Source: Chiloscyllium plagiosum (taxonomy: Eukaryota). From it: a stretch of DNA of 41,846 nt. The translations under genes and the position numbers were made by a program. Location of the stretch: contig NC_057718.1 in NCBI RefSeq assembly GCF_004010195.1, positions 32,088,752 to 32,130,597 on the forward strand, written 5' to 3'. The notes beneath the pieces were generated by a model, which had not been told where the DNA came from, did no database searches, and saw only the letters and a program-made list of their open reading frames with translations. Below, in pieces: positions 22,508-35,226 of the stretch. How positions within the stretch are numbered: the first letter of the stretch is position 1; the number at the start of each line of letters is the position of its first letter.

Positions 22508-24407
22508 CTGTAGTAGCCTGCGTCTGGTGTTTACTACAGTCTTCTGTGGATCATTCTTTTAAACCAAACTGAACCTACTTTGTTATCACGTAAGCTTTTT
22601 CTTTTAATTGTCCATGCCTAATGGAACTGGCCACCTCAGAAATAGAGAACATGCACATACTATATAGTTGGCAGATCTATTGAATTTGCTTGATATGTTT
22701 TATCTGTAAATTAATTCCTGAAATTTAAACGGTCAAGAAAGCAAATCATTTAGAATGCTTAGCAGAATGACTCAAGAAAAGAAAAGTACTTTTTTCTCAC
22801 ACAGAAGACGCAATAGCGGTGATGTTATGTCTGTAGTGCCTGTAGGGAGCCTTGTATGCCAGCAGTGCATATCAGGAACTCATGTATTTGCTGGCCATTA
22901 TTTTTTTGATCATTTATTGACTGTGGAAGCGTGGGGTCAGAAAACTGCTGCTAATGTATACAACAGGGATTGACCTTAAATATTTGTAGTTTTTACAAAG
23001 AAAATCAGACATTTCATTCAGGGCTCAGGCTTGAAATCTGTTGCAGTTTTCCAGTCTGCAAGCTTCCCTTGCCAAAGAGTAGTTAACTCCGATTGACTTT
23101 ACTTGGTACTTACTTAACAGCACCCAGACTTTGGACATTAAAATACATAGTTCACATTAGCAATTTAGTAATAGAGGATGCATTAAATGGTTCAATATTC
23201 CTGCATTCAGAAACAATACCTCATGTTATATTGAGAACATCATATAATTTACAGAGGAAATTGCACTAATTTAAGAAAAGTCCCAAACCTTTTCAAACAA
23301 TGCACTGTCACACATTCCACTTAGCTTACATGACTTCCCTCATCCAGTCCCTTCACATAACAGAATGATTGTGAAACCTATGTCCCTGTTGGCTCTCTGT
23401 CTATGCCTCTGTACTTCAGATGTCAATTCAACTCAGCTGACATACCAAGGCCCAACATGAAGAATACATTCCTGAACAACATACTAACGGCATTCCAAGT
23501 ACTGATAATGCCATCCAACCCTGCTCCTTCTGGTTCTTTTGTAGGGCGATGCTAACCTCCCACTTCTTCCATGTTGTGCCTTTACTGTTGGCATTGGCTG
23601 CTGCATCCTGCTGTGGGGTTTCTGGAGGTAGTGGCAACAGTTTGCATACACTCTTGGAATAAGAGAGAAAACATTGCGTGAGTTGAAAGAGGAACAAGGA
23701 TCAACAAAGAGATTGAAGGAGACATAATAAAAAGCCAAGGAAGAAGACTGAGAGTATCAGTGGGAGAAGAGGAGAGTAGCACGAGGGGACCTTCAGTGTA
23801 CATTGCAGACCTCTTGGTGTGACCGTGCATTTGTGTCTCTGACAGGGATGCATGCATAGCTTATAATAAGCTTGAAATATTTGATCTTCTACTGACCTCA
23901 TTAGTGAACAAATCAAGCCTCTCACAGACCTAAAACAACAGAACTGGATTTTTATTTTCAGAATGAAATTAGGAGTCGGACCATTTCCCTACCTTGTGAT
24001 CCAGTCTTTTGCCCCATGCAAGTTTCATGGCTGATGAAGGACTGGTGCTTTGGAGTCCATCTCCTGAAAGAAGGAGAAACAGATGCTGTCAGGTTAAATG
24101 TTCACCTTTGTTCACAGGACATCAGCCTAGTACTATAGCTGTACGAACTTGAGACCCCCTCAACCATTACAGTCATATGTCCACTCACCCGGTACTCACT
24201 ACGTACAGGATTCCCGAGCCCTACAATAAAAGCGGGGAGTCCTTGAAATGCTCAAAAACCACCTGAATAAACAAACAGTCAAATAAATAAAATCTATTTC
24301 AAAAGAATTATTATTCTATAAAGTGGCCAAAATAACTAAAAAGGTAAACAAACACTCATTCAGAAACCACTTCAAAAACATTATCTTATTAACAGATCAT
24401 AAAGCTG

Positions 24408-26439
24408 TCACCATAAAGAAACAGTCTCCTTAACAGCTGTATCAACAACTCCTTCGAAGCTGAATCTGTTAATGGAGTTTAGAACTAAGCTAGGCACTCC
24501 AAATGAAATTGCCTTGCACATATTGTCACAACCCATCCAGAGCTGAATACATTCATGTATTTGAAGTAATTTGAAGAGGTCAGCTGTCTGTTCAGACCTT
24601 GAAGCTGGCAAACAAATGTCTCAAGTGTCCTTCATTGGAAATAATAATAAACTGACACAGGCAAATCTGAATATTATTACTGTTCAATACAAAAGTGCAA
24701 TTTATCCAGTGGATAATGTGGTCTAATGCACTTGATGACTTTTCTACTGTCATATATTTTGTGGTCGGTCTAGTGGTCTCTTACTGCTTAAGAATAAAGA
24801 TGTATCATCAACTGTTGGATTAAAAGTATAGATAACCGAACATACAATGTCCGATTATGACATATAAAGTTGGCAATACTTTTGAACCTACTTGTCAAAA
24901 GGTTTGCAGCTTCAGACAGGGATTTTGCCATAGTTCTTGACACCTCCAAGCTTGTGTGAACCATGTCGCCTTTTGTAGCTAAGCCCAACTTCCCATCAAA
25001 GTTTTTGAGGGTCTGAAATGTCCTCCTGCAATGGAGCTGGTGATGTCAGGGCTCTGTATTGTCTTGCAACTTGTGCTGTTAGCCCACACCATGGAAAATT
25101 GCCAGTAACTGGAATAATGAAGGGAATTCCAGAAGCTGGGCCCATCTTTTTGTTGGCCTTCCTTAGTTCTGGTATGGGTGTGAAAACCTGGCCTGTAAAT
25201 ACAATTGCTTCCAATCCATTGCTGCACCTAAAACAAACTCTGAAGATATGATTACATGATCAATATGAAAAACAAATTGGGAACACAAGCTACATACAGG
25301 CATATGTAAAATGTAAACCATCACAGTCCATGATCAATCTAGCTGAGAGCAAATCCATGTGAAATTTGTTAGATTGTATTCATAAATATTGAAGTACTAC
25401 AAATGGTAGAAATCTAAAATAAAACAGAAAATATTTGGAAGTGCTCTGCAAAATATTTATGTATTATATATATAATCTAAAGTTTTAACTGGAGACTGGC
25501 ATTTATTCTGTTGTGCCTTCAACATTGAGGGACATCCACCGTTGGAAGCTATGAAGCAGTTATGTACTGCATCATTCCTTATGCGACATCCTGACAGAAT
25601 AAACGTCTAAGTAAGACTTTACTCCACAGGATGGAGCGCAAATCAAATATTAACTCTCTGGGCTTCTCATAAATCTTCTTGCGGTCTTTAGCATAGCTAT
25701 CCTACCAGGCTTGGAAACTGCTCTTGCTGCTTTTACACAATATTGTGTGATGTGGGCAGATTGAAGAAACAATTTGTGAATGAAGTTGGGAATACAATAT
25801 CTGTGCTGCACAAAATAAAAATAAGTCTTTTTTCTGTTAATTCATTTGAAATTTAATAAGGAATATTAAAGCAGGCAAGTCACATACAGCAGTTGTCTGT
25901 TCAATGTCCCCCTCATCAACTTCAATACTTGGAATTAAGCACTCCACTTGTTTAGAATGTCCAAACTGAGCAGGAAATTTGACCTTTCCTGGTCAATAAC
26001 AGCAGTTGGATGAAACCCAACAACGTTACTGTTCTGAAATATTTCAAATATTTCACATTTAGCATGGTAAATAGCTGTCAGGAATGTAATCACTGACTTT
26101 TCCACTTCTGTTCTAACAACACATCATGACATGTGCCAAGGTGATTGTTAATTGAGTTATTGGAGTGGCCTTTCCAAATATCTTTGAGAAATTGACTAAA
26201 TTAGGCATTTCTTCCCTCAACAAAATGTAAGATCCACTAAAACTATTCCCACCTCTCTTTTTGAAGATGGAAAGGAATCTAAAGCAATGAATTGATAAAC
26301 AGTTTGTGACTGCCTGCACGTATTTCCCAGCCTGCATGGGTCAGCATGTCAGCCACCCAGTCTTCTCCACAAGGAATGCAGTCACCAGTTAATCATGTTG
26401 CCTGAGTCTTTTATTGTGCAGTATTGCTCTTTGGCAATT
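24408..26439 (-). mobile_element. Possible ancient hAT (Tip100/ZNF862-like) transposase relic, heavily disrupted, perhaps intron-containing
   Basis: Minus-strand peptides in the expected order: IAKEQY (26438), VITFL..YHAK..IF....VVGF (~26090-26010), PTKRWAQLL (~25155), LLTSRF (~24890), and ADLFKLLQI...LNSINRFSFEG......KETVSLW (24408-24590), which resembles the hAT C-terminal dimerisation motif. Judged by eye only. Confidence 0.38.
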
Positions 26440-26488
26440 CTGAAAAAAGAAGCTAATTTAGCAGTGAATGCAAAGCATTTAAAAAAGG

Positions 26489-26888
26489 CTTGCATTTACA
26501 TGGTGTCTTTCATGGCCACTGGCTGTCTCAAAGCACTTTATAGCCGATGAATAAGTATTTTGAAGTGTAATCACTGTTGTAATGTAGGAAATATTGCAAT
26601 CAATTTTGCACATATCAAACTTCCACAAGCAGCAATGCAATAATGATTAGCTAAGGATTTTTTTTTCGCGTGATGTTGCGTACAGGATAACTATTGACCA
26701 TGACACTGAGGATAACTCCCAGCTCTTGGAAGTAAAGTCTTGGGATCTATCAATGCTGTTTAATCCTAGAAGATGACATTACCATGTTGCAACACCCCTT
26801 CAGTACTGCTTTGGAGCATCACCATAGACGTTTCTGTTCAAGGCCAGAGCCTTGTCACTCGGGTGAAAGTGTTGCCAACTGAGCTATA
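26489..26888 (-). mobile_element. DeuSINE (SacSINE1/AmnSINE1-related), old copy
   Basis: The minus strand starts tagctcagttggcaacact (tRNA A box), then gcagtactgaaggggtgttgca...agatcccaagac...gagctgggagttatcctcagtgtcatggtcaata (Deu-domain-like), and ends aaagtgctttgagacag...taaatgcaag. Confidence 0.72.
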
Positions 26889-27648
26889 GCTGACATTATA
26901 AACATGATGTAACATAGTTCTCCTTCAAACACATGGCTTGCTTTTAGTGTGGATTCAGTGCCTGTCAGGACTGCATTGATAGCACAAGAAAATGGCAGCA
27001 CCACTTATTGAGAGATAAGGCTGTGTGCAATGGAAGCTTTTAATCCTCTCTGCATTGAAGGTGATATTTAGAGCTGTCGGTAATCAATAATATGAAAGAA
27101 TATTTCCATTTTCTTCCATTCCTGAAACTTGCTGCACATATGGCTAGAATCCGCATGCCTGAATGACCAGTTGGCATTTAGGAGGAAGGTGGACAGTTTT
27201 GTGTTTTGTCAAGAGAATTTTTGAAGTCACTGTCTTGCAGATACTGTCTAATTGGTTGTGCATTTCCAATATTCTCTGTATTTCCACTTGCAATCAAAAA
27301 TTTGTTTTAGCCATGTTTAGAAAGGTGCTGGGCAAATGAGTAAATAATCTAAGTGAAACATTCAATTATGGTTGTTTATAAGAAAAATCCTCTAAGACCA
27401 GTACAAAAAAAAATCAGGCGTGCCCATGTGATAATTGTCAAACTTGGCTTGATCTAAAAGTATGCAAAGCATGTTAAGAAAATAAATTCAAGAACTAAGC
27501 GGTTCTCCAATGATGTCGATGCCATTTGTGGAAAAGTCACAGTTTGGTAACGATTTATGAGAAGAGAAATTAAATTGACAATTCTGAACATTTGTTCAGT
27601 TGTGGGTGTCTATGTTATAATTGACTCGATTTTACTTATTAATTACAG

Positions 27649-27712
27649 ATAGACCTGGAACCAGAAGGAAGAGTGTATGTTGTCATAGATCTATCGGGAT
27701 CATCAAGTGAAG
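27649..27712 (+). CDS. PRKCE: Protein kinase C epsilon, internal coding exon (exon 2, end of the C2 domain), 64 bp, phase 0 to phase 1
   Basis: ttattaattacAG|ATAGACCTGGAA...TCAAGTGAAG|GTaatg. Translates as [21 protein letters not shown]+G, nearly identical to recalled vertebrate PKC-epsilon (W)[21 protein letters not shown] and closer to it than to PKC-eta (VDLEPEGKVFVVITLTGS). Canonical AG/GT; possible branch point ttgac at ~27621. Too short for the ORF track. Confidence 0.95.
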
Positions 27713-28938
27713 GTAATGTTTCATTAAGCAATTAAACTTGGCAGTTTTCTTTGGCACATTTAATTTAGCAACTCCAATATTTTTTAACTTCCCCTTGTCA
27801 CTGTCAGCAGTAACCTTTCCTCTCGTTGACAGTGTATTACAGTATTTGGTAAGCTCCCAGTGCCATGATTTCCTCAAGTATCAATCAAAACAATTGTAAA
27901 ATAAAAACATACTGCCAGGTCATGATTCCATGGAGGTTTAAAACAAGTTCAACTACTCTGATACAATAAAGATAATTTAATGTCAACTATAAGATCAGTG
28001 CCGTCTTAAAACATAGCACCCTCACAGTGTATCAGTTTCTTTATCCTGTATCAGATATCCGTGGGTGAACTGTCTTTAGAGTTAGTTGTGAAGGATCTGA
28101 TTTTTAAAAGGATTCAAATGTACAATATGATATAGTTATGACTTTTAAAATTCATTCTTGGGAACCCTGTGTCACCGGGGCCAGCATTTATAGCCCATTC
28201 CTTGTGACTATTTCCTGAATTGTGGTTGGGTATGATGTGGACGCTCCTCAAGTCTACCTGCACTACAGCTTTAGTTAAACTTAGTGGGGTTATCCTTTAT
28301 GTGGGCATGTATATGATTTTTGAAAACTTGTATTAGCAATATTCTTGAAGTACCAGTGGACTTATATATACTTGCTTTCAATTCAGGAATATGTGCAGTG
28401 CTTTTTTTGTAGTTAATTGCACCTAAATGTGGATGGTTAAATATGAAATCTGCTACATTGTGGAGCAAGTTAAATTTGAAATTCCTGGGGACAATATTTC
28501 CTGGATTACACATATACTGACTATGTGCCTTATCACTACGCTGACCCCCTTCAGAATTGCATTACTCTGGAGAGAGGTTCTGTTGTAATCTAGGTGAAGC
28601 CACATGTATAAAAGTCATATCAATTTTGAGTTGCATATAATGCACTAGTATATCTTGTTTGCACCTCACATTCCATTCACCTTCAAAATGAAGAAAAAAA
28701 TCTGTATTTCTTTTGTGATTTCTTTTTTAGCCCTTAATGAGCCATCTGATATTTGTGCCATTGTGGAACAGCTCTGCTTCAATTAGGAAATAGGATGTTT
28801 CAGTGTCACTCTTGATCATATTATTTGCATTAACCCTGGGAAGCTGGATCTGCTTCAGGGTTGGGATGCTTTTACCACACGCTGACTGGAGAGATATGAA
28901 GATTAGAAACGTTTTTACAATGACTTAGAACAGGTGCT

Positions 28939-29105
28939 TTTAGATTAGATTCCCTACAATGTGGAAACAGGCCCTTCGGCCAAACAAGTCCACACTGACC
29001 CTCTGAAGAGTAACCCACCCAGACTCATTTCCCTACCTTTACCCCTGATGAATGCACCTAACACTGGGCAATTTAGCATGGCCAGTTCACCTGACCTGCA
29101 CATTT
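28939..29105 (-). mobile_element. HE1-like V-SINE 3' half
   Basis: High similarity to 10175-10335 (gtggaaacaggcccttcggcc...gcaatttagcatggcca.ttcacct.acctgcacat). Confidence 0.85.
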
Positions 29106-32100
29106 GTTGTGTGGAAAGTAATAGAAAATTGATCTAATAAAATGACCCCAAAGGCTTGGTGACACTGTCTGGCCAGTGATTCAATGCAGTAACAAAACTT
29201 AGGTAGGGCAGAAATCAACTGTAGGCACAATCATTTTGAAATGTTTAACCAATCTCTCCTCTCCCATCCAACTTATCACCTCCTTTGTATGAACTATGCT
29301 AAGTTTGAACAGATCACCTGCAACATGAGTTATTAATAGCTTGGCAGAGAGACTTTTATTTAAATAACCACACTCCCACCAGAAAGCTGGAGGTTAAAAA
29401 AGGAATAAATTGTGTGAGCTGGACTCCTGTTTGCCCTGTATGCATTTTGTTGCCATGCTTATGGTGTGTCATTATCCAGCTGTCCAGAAATGGAACTGTT
29501 CATTTGAAAGTGTAAGTTATGTTCCCTTTCTGCTCGGAGCCTGATTTAAATTAAGTGCAGACCACTTGGGTTTTCCAGGTTTTCAGAAACCTTGCTGCTA
29601 AAGAGTGGAGGGACAGCTTGATCCAGCAGATACTTGTTTTTTTTCACAGTCAGAAGGAGCACAAATGTACCCCCTGTTAAAACTCCTTATAAGCTAGTTC
29701 TTTCCCTGTGAACCACTAAGTCTTCCATCATGCCAGTGATCTTTTCTTTATCTTCTTCACTGCCATACTCTGAGCTCCCTCCTTGATTTTTTTCTTTTCC
29801 TGATTGCCAGAGTTCATTTCTGACCTGTCGCTGCCTGTGGCCTGATGGCTTCACTGTTTGGCAGGTGGACAACCTCTCAGTCTGATTCAAAAACAGAAGT
29901 TGCTGAAAAAAGGTTTGACTGCATCTGTGCAGAGAAAGCAGGGACTAACCAGCAACTGATCCATGTTTTCAGGCATCCTGGTTCTAATAGGGAAGAAAAT
30001 TGGGGAATTCTGCGCATTAAAAAAAGTGTTTAATTTTGGTGAAAACTCCAGGAACAGTGGGAATTGATTTCCAGTGTCACTCCAGTGGAGTGCAGCACTT
30101 TTCATCTGTAAATATCAAGTTATCTAAGTAAATACTCCTGGTTTTAATATAGAACAATATCAAGTTTAAATGTAAGAATATGGTGTGCAGAGAGAGTAAT
30201 GCAATTTGGGAATTTTAATTGAGCCAACATAATACATACAATGTTATGACTGTTAGTCCAGCAGTGATCTTTGAAACATTTTGTCACAGAGATCTTTGTC
30301 AGATTAACATGTCCACATGGACTCTGTCGTGCATGTGAGCACCAGTTCAAACTAATTTATTTTTCCTGTGCTTTTCCTGGAATGGATCCAAATGCTGCAA
30401 TTTGCTCTGAACTAAGATGCATTTGTCAGAGATGCTCAAAACAAAATTGTAGGGTGATAAGACAGAAAATGCTTTTAAAATTGTCTTGTAAATTCAAAAT
30501 ATTGAAAAGGTTCTAAGAATGTTCCAAGATCCCTTCAGAAGATGTTTCCCATCTGAATACAATTTTCAGTCCTGTAACTACAGTAATTACAGTTGACACA
30601 AATTGCAAAGGCAATTGTTACAACTCTAAGACAACTTAATTAAATTGCTGTTCTCATTTTGCAGAATGCATGGCAAAGCATATGAATCTAAGCAGCAAAG
30701 AAATAGCAAGGATAAGGAGGTTTAAGCAAACAGACTTGAGGCAGAATGTTTCATTTCTTGCTTTTCATCGGCTACAGTCCTTTTAATTATTATGAATGGC
30801 AGGTTTGAAGCTAGAATCCCAGCCCATTAATTCTGATTAGGTGAGCATCTTTGTTTGCACACTTTATCTTTATCAACTTGCATTACTATTTTTAACAAAC
30901 TATACTTTTATATTCTTAGATCTCTTGGCTCTGCCGTTGCATTTAAGTTGTTATCTTCCAAAAAAAAGGTGTTTTGCACTTGTCTTTTTTGCACTCTTCC
31001 GACTGGAATGAACTATCTCATAAGTTAGTGAAGTTAATTTCTAACATAGCTCCCGATTCTTCAAGCTGGTTACCATCTTGTGGACCTTTTTTATAAACCT
31101 TCCACATCATTAGCTATTGTTAACATTGAAGGGGCCCATTGCTCTCTATTATATTTGACATAGACTGGTTAGCCCAAATGGCTTTTCTGTGTTACATACT
31201 TTATATAATATATAACATGATGATGCACCTTGATTACAAGCAAGATATAAAGGGCAGTTTAATGTTCCTTAAAAGTAGATTCTAAATGGCGGATACAATA
31301 GGTGGAATCTTATTAGATGGTGTTATCTGAGTGGCATGAATTATGGGAAGATGAGTGAAAGAATTGGGCAAAATGATTGGCGTGGCCCACCAACATCACA
31401 ATCATCTCGCCACATCTTGTACACTTTTCGCAAGCAGCGTGGCAAGACTCTTGCTGGGGAGTAGCAAGTTCCTCATTAATGCATATTATTCCTTCATATA
31501 TGTTTTATTCACAATCTGATTCACCATGGATTGCAATCTTACCAAACTCAACATACACACTAACCATCAAGAAAACCCCACATGAAAAGCAGAGAGCATT
31601 CTTAGCAGGTTCAATTTGCGGCTTACTCGAAAGACCTCCATGTTGGTTATCAAGTACCAGCATCTCGGGCAGACTCCATAGGCACCAGAACCCCATGCCC
31701 ATGAACATTTGCATCTGACATGTGCCAGTATTGTGGCACATTTTCAGTTCACACATGTGACACCTCTGCAGTTCAGTGCTGCACGTGGGGCTGCACCAGC
31801 ATCCATCATTGTAATACTGCAACAAGGACATTGCACACTCAAGGACATGCACCCAGCATGTGGACTGGACCCAGCTGCACCTTTGGGCTCTTCATTCACT
31901 GTTGTTGTGCTCACTCACTGAGCCTAACTGGACGCTCACATCATCTTATGTGTTGCCTTTTTGTGCATTTGTCAGAGATGATCAGAAAAGAATGTCAGGT
32001 GATAAGACTGTACAGAGATACCTGACTCATGTTGCTGCTGTCCTCCCATGCCATTTGTGCAGACACAGTTGTCAACATGTTTTAGACCAGTCAAGGGGGA

Positions 32101-32467
32101 CAGGCATTGCTTTGGGATGTAAAAGGTGGCCTCTGATACCAGGCCAGGTTAATCTCCCCGCAGACTGGTCAGAGTCAGTATGCTGTCCACGTAAGGGGTG
32201 AGGAACCGAATGTGTCTTGAGGCTTTCCGCCCTTTTTGGGCTGTTTTGTTCCTGGAGTAGGAGAGAGGCAGTTATGAAGGGAAATGACAGTGGATGGCAT
32301 AGCTATTGCAGTTTATGCAGGTGGGGAGGCTTTCTGTGTGAGTGGGTAGGTAGCGCAGATGGAGTGCAGTGTTAGTGATGTCACAGGTTGGGGTGAGTGC
32401 TGGAGAGTGGGTACGATACGCGAATTCGAGCATGAGCTTTATTGGGAGGCACGTGCAGTAGAAGAGA

Positions 32468-32725
32468 GTCACAGAGATCAACAACACAGAAAAAGGCCCT
32501 TCAGCCCATCAATCCATGCTGGTCAAAAACAATCCCTTTACGATTCTCATCCCATTTTCAGCACTTTGCCTGTTGCCTTCTGTGCCTTGACATTGCAACT
32601 GCATATGTAAATACTTCTTCAATGTAAGGAGGGTTTGTGCTTCTATCACCCTAACAGACAGTAAGTTCCAGATTCCTCCCACCCTCTGTGTGAAAACATT
32701 TCCCCTCACATCCCCTCTAAACATT
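32468..32725 (-). mobile_element. CR1 3' fragment
   Basis: ORF 32509-32724 FRGDVRGNVFTQRVGGIWNLL, followed by a CR1 3' UTR (gggctgaagggcc). Confidence 0.85.
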
Positions 32726-32981
32726 TAAAAGGATAGAGTGAGTGTGAAGTATCAAACAGAAATGGTGAAATTGCTGCTGGAAAAGTGGAGAAAGACATTG
32801 ATCTTTTTCATACAGCACTGGGCATTTCTCCCAATGGTTGAGACTGCTGTAACACGGCTGTCAGCTTCCGACCAGGCTGGCATGGTCTGATGCCATAGCC
32901 TCCCTGCTAATCATGGGGCACAGGAAGACTGGCCTAATCACCACCCTGTTCAGCAGCAGCATGCCCATAAAGGGGATCGGC

Positions 32982-33005
32982 GGGTGAAGGGGGAGGGTGG
33001 GGGGG
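32982..33005 (+). other. Canonical G-quadruplex motif
   Basis: GGGtgaaGGGGGaGGGtGGGGGGG. Confidence 0.5.
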
Positions 33006-33300
33006 AAGGTGAGCACCTACTTCCTCCATCTGCCATATCTGCGGCAAATATCAGGAACTATGTAGGGCAGGTCCAGACTGATAGTGCTTCTCCAAGCGCA
33101 TGGTGACCGTTTAACTATGGTGTTGGTGCCAGTATTAGTCGATGCTGATCTCTGGGGAATGGCGGTGAGAATGATGCACGGATAAGATGGGGTGAAAGAC
33201 GGTTGTGATACTCACTGTGAGGACTGAAATGCCAATTAATGCACCGGTTTGGTAAGATACAGTAAGGAAGTATGCTCAGGTTTTGATGTCAAGAATTACT

Positions 33301-33470
33301 TAGAGCCATAGAGTCATAGAGATGTACAGCACGGAAACAGACCCTTCAGTCCAACCCGTCCATGCTGTCCAGATATCCCAACCCAATCTAGTCCCTCCTG
33401 CCAGCACCCGGCCCATATCCTTCCAAATCCTTCCTATTCATACACCCATCCAAACGCCTTTTAAACGTTG
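33301..33470 (-). mobile_element. CR1 3' UTR and tail (non-inverted part of an inverted CR1 insertion)
   Basis: Close to the reverse complement of 14191-14357; the tail tagagccatagagtcatagag faces left. Confidence 0.92.
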
Positions 33471-35226
33471 AAATATGTCAGGTATAGACTGGATAGATCG
33501 AGTGAGTCCTTAGAAGAATATAAAGGCAGTAGAAGTATACTTAAGAGGGAAATCAGGAGGGCGAAAAGGGAGATAGCTTTGGCAAATAGAATTAAGGGGA
33601 ATCCAAAGGGTTTTTACAAATACATTAAAGACAAAAAGATAACTAGGTAGAGAATAGGGCCCCTCAAAGATCAGCAAGGCGGCCTTTGTGTGGAGCTGCA
33701 GAAAGTGGGGCAGATACTAAACGAGTATTTTACATCAGTATTTACTGTGTAAAAGGACATGAAAGATATAGAATGTAGGGAAATAGATGGTGACATCTTG
33801 AAAGATATCCCTATTACAGAGGAGGAAGTGCTGGATGTTGTGAAATGCATAAAGGTGGATAAATCCCCAGGACCTGATCAGGTGTACCCTAGAACACTGT
33901 TGGAAGCTAGGGAAGTGATTGCTGGGCCTCTTACTGAGATATTTGCATCATCGATAGTCACAGGTGAGGTGCCAGAAGATTGGAGGTTGACTAACGTGTG
34001 GTAAGAACAAGCCAGGGAACTATAGACCAGTAAGCCTGACGTTGGTGGTGGGCAAGTTGTTGGAGAGAATCCTGAGGAACAGGATATACATGTATTTGGA
34101 AAGGCAAGGACTGATGAGGGATAGTCAACATGGCATTGTATACGGGAAATCATGTCTCACAAACTTGAAGAAGTAACAAAGAGGATTGGTGAGGGCAGAA
34201 CAGTAGATGTGATGTATATGGACTTCAGTAAGACGTTCAACAAGATTCCCCATGGGAGACTGGTTAGTCAGGTTAGATCTCGTGGAATACAGGGAGAACT
34301 AGCCATTTGGATACAGAACTGGCTCAAAGGTAGAAGACAGAGTGTGGTGGTGGAGGATTGTTTTTCAGACTGGAGGCCTGTGACAAGTGGAGTGCCACAA
34401 TGATCGGTGCTGGGTCCACTGCGTTTTGTCATTTATATAAATTATTTGGATACGAGCATAAGAGGTACAGTTAGTAAGTTTGCAGATGACACCAAAATTG
34501 GAGGTGTAGTGGACAGCGAAGAGGGTTACCTCAGATTACAACAGGATCTTGTTCAGATGGGCCAATGGGCAGAGAAGTGGCAGATGGAGTTTAATTCATA
34601 TAAATGTGAGGTGCTGCATTTTGGGAAAGCAAATCTTAGCAGGACTTATTCACTTAATGGTAAGGTCCTAGGGAGTGTTGCTGAGCAAAGAGACCTTGGA
34701 GTGCAGGTTGATAGTTCCTTGAAAGTGGAGTCGCAGATAGATAGGATAGTGAAGAAGGCGTTTGGAGTGCTTTCCTTTATTGGTCAGAATACTGAATACA
34801 GGAGTTGGGAGGTCACGTTGCGGCTGTACAGAACATTGGTTAGGCCACTGTTGGAATATTGTGTACAATTCTGGTCTCCTTTCTATTGGAAAGATGTAGT
34901 GAAACTTGAAAGGGTTCATAATACATTCACAAGGATGTTGCCAGGTATGGAGGATTTGAGCTATAGAGAGAGGCTGAACAGGCTGGGACTGTTTTCCCTG
35001 GAGCGTCAGAGGCTGAGGGGTGACCTTATAGAGGTTTACAAAATCCTTTATAAATGAGGGGCATGGATAGGATAAATAGACAAAGCCTTTTCCATGGGGT
35101 GGGGGAGTCCAGAACCAGAGGGCATAGGTTTAGGGTGAGAAGGGAAAGATATAAAAGAGACCTAAGGGACAACTTTTCACGCAGAGGGTGGTACGTGTAT
35201 GGAATGGGCTGCCAGAGGAAGTGGTA
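33471..35226 (+). mobile_element. CR1 ORF2 (RT) body, inverted relative to its 3' tail
   Basis: Colinear with ~12397-14173 (same subfamily). ORF 34407-35057 has FADDTK and LEYCVQFWSP. It stops at gccagaggaagtggt, just before the point where the 33470 segment starts. Confidence 0.94.

Larger units (their letters stand above)
31300..33265. mobile_element. Possible very old PIF/Harbinger-derived region, interrupted by a CR1 tail
   Basis: GC-richer block. The plus-strand peptide GDK...HVLDQSRG..AL (~31998-32112) loosely resembles Harbinger GDKGY...CLDRSGGAL. Weak evidence. Confidence 0.22.

Noticed and set aside
23428..23925. Cluster of minus-strand ORFs with an acceptor-like site near 23655
   Set aside because: No recognisable protein, and it lies beyond the putative hAT C-terminus.
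27683..27877. 64-aa minus-strand ORF overlapping the PRKCE exon
   Set aside because: No recognisable product; the plus-strand exon explains the locus.
30570..30625. Imperfect AT-rich hairpin (gttgacacaaattgc-aaag-gcaattgttacaac)
   Set aside because: Short and mismatched; not distinguishable from chance in AT-rich DNA.
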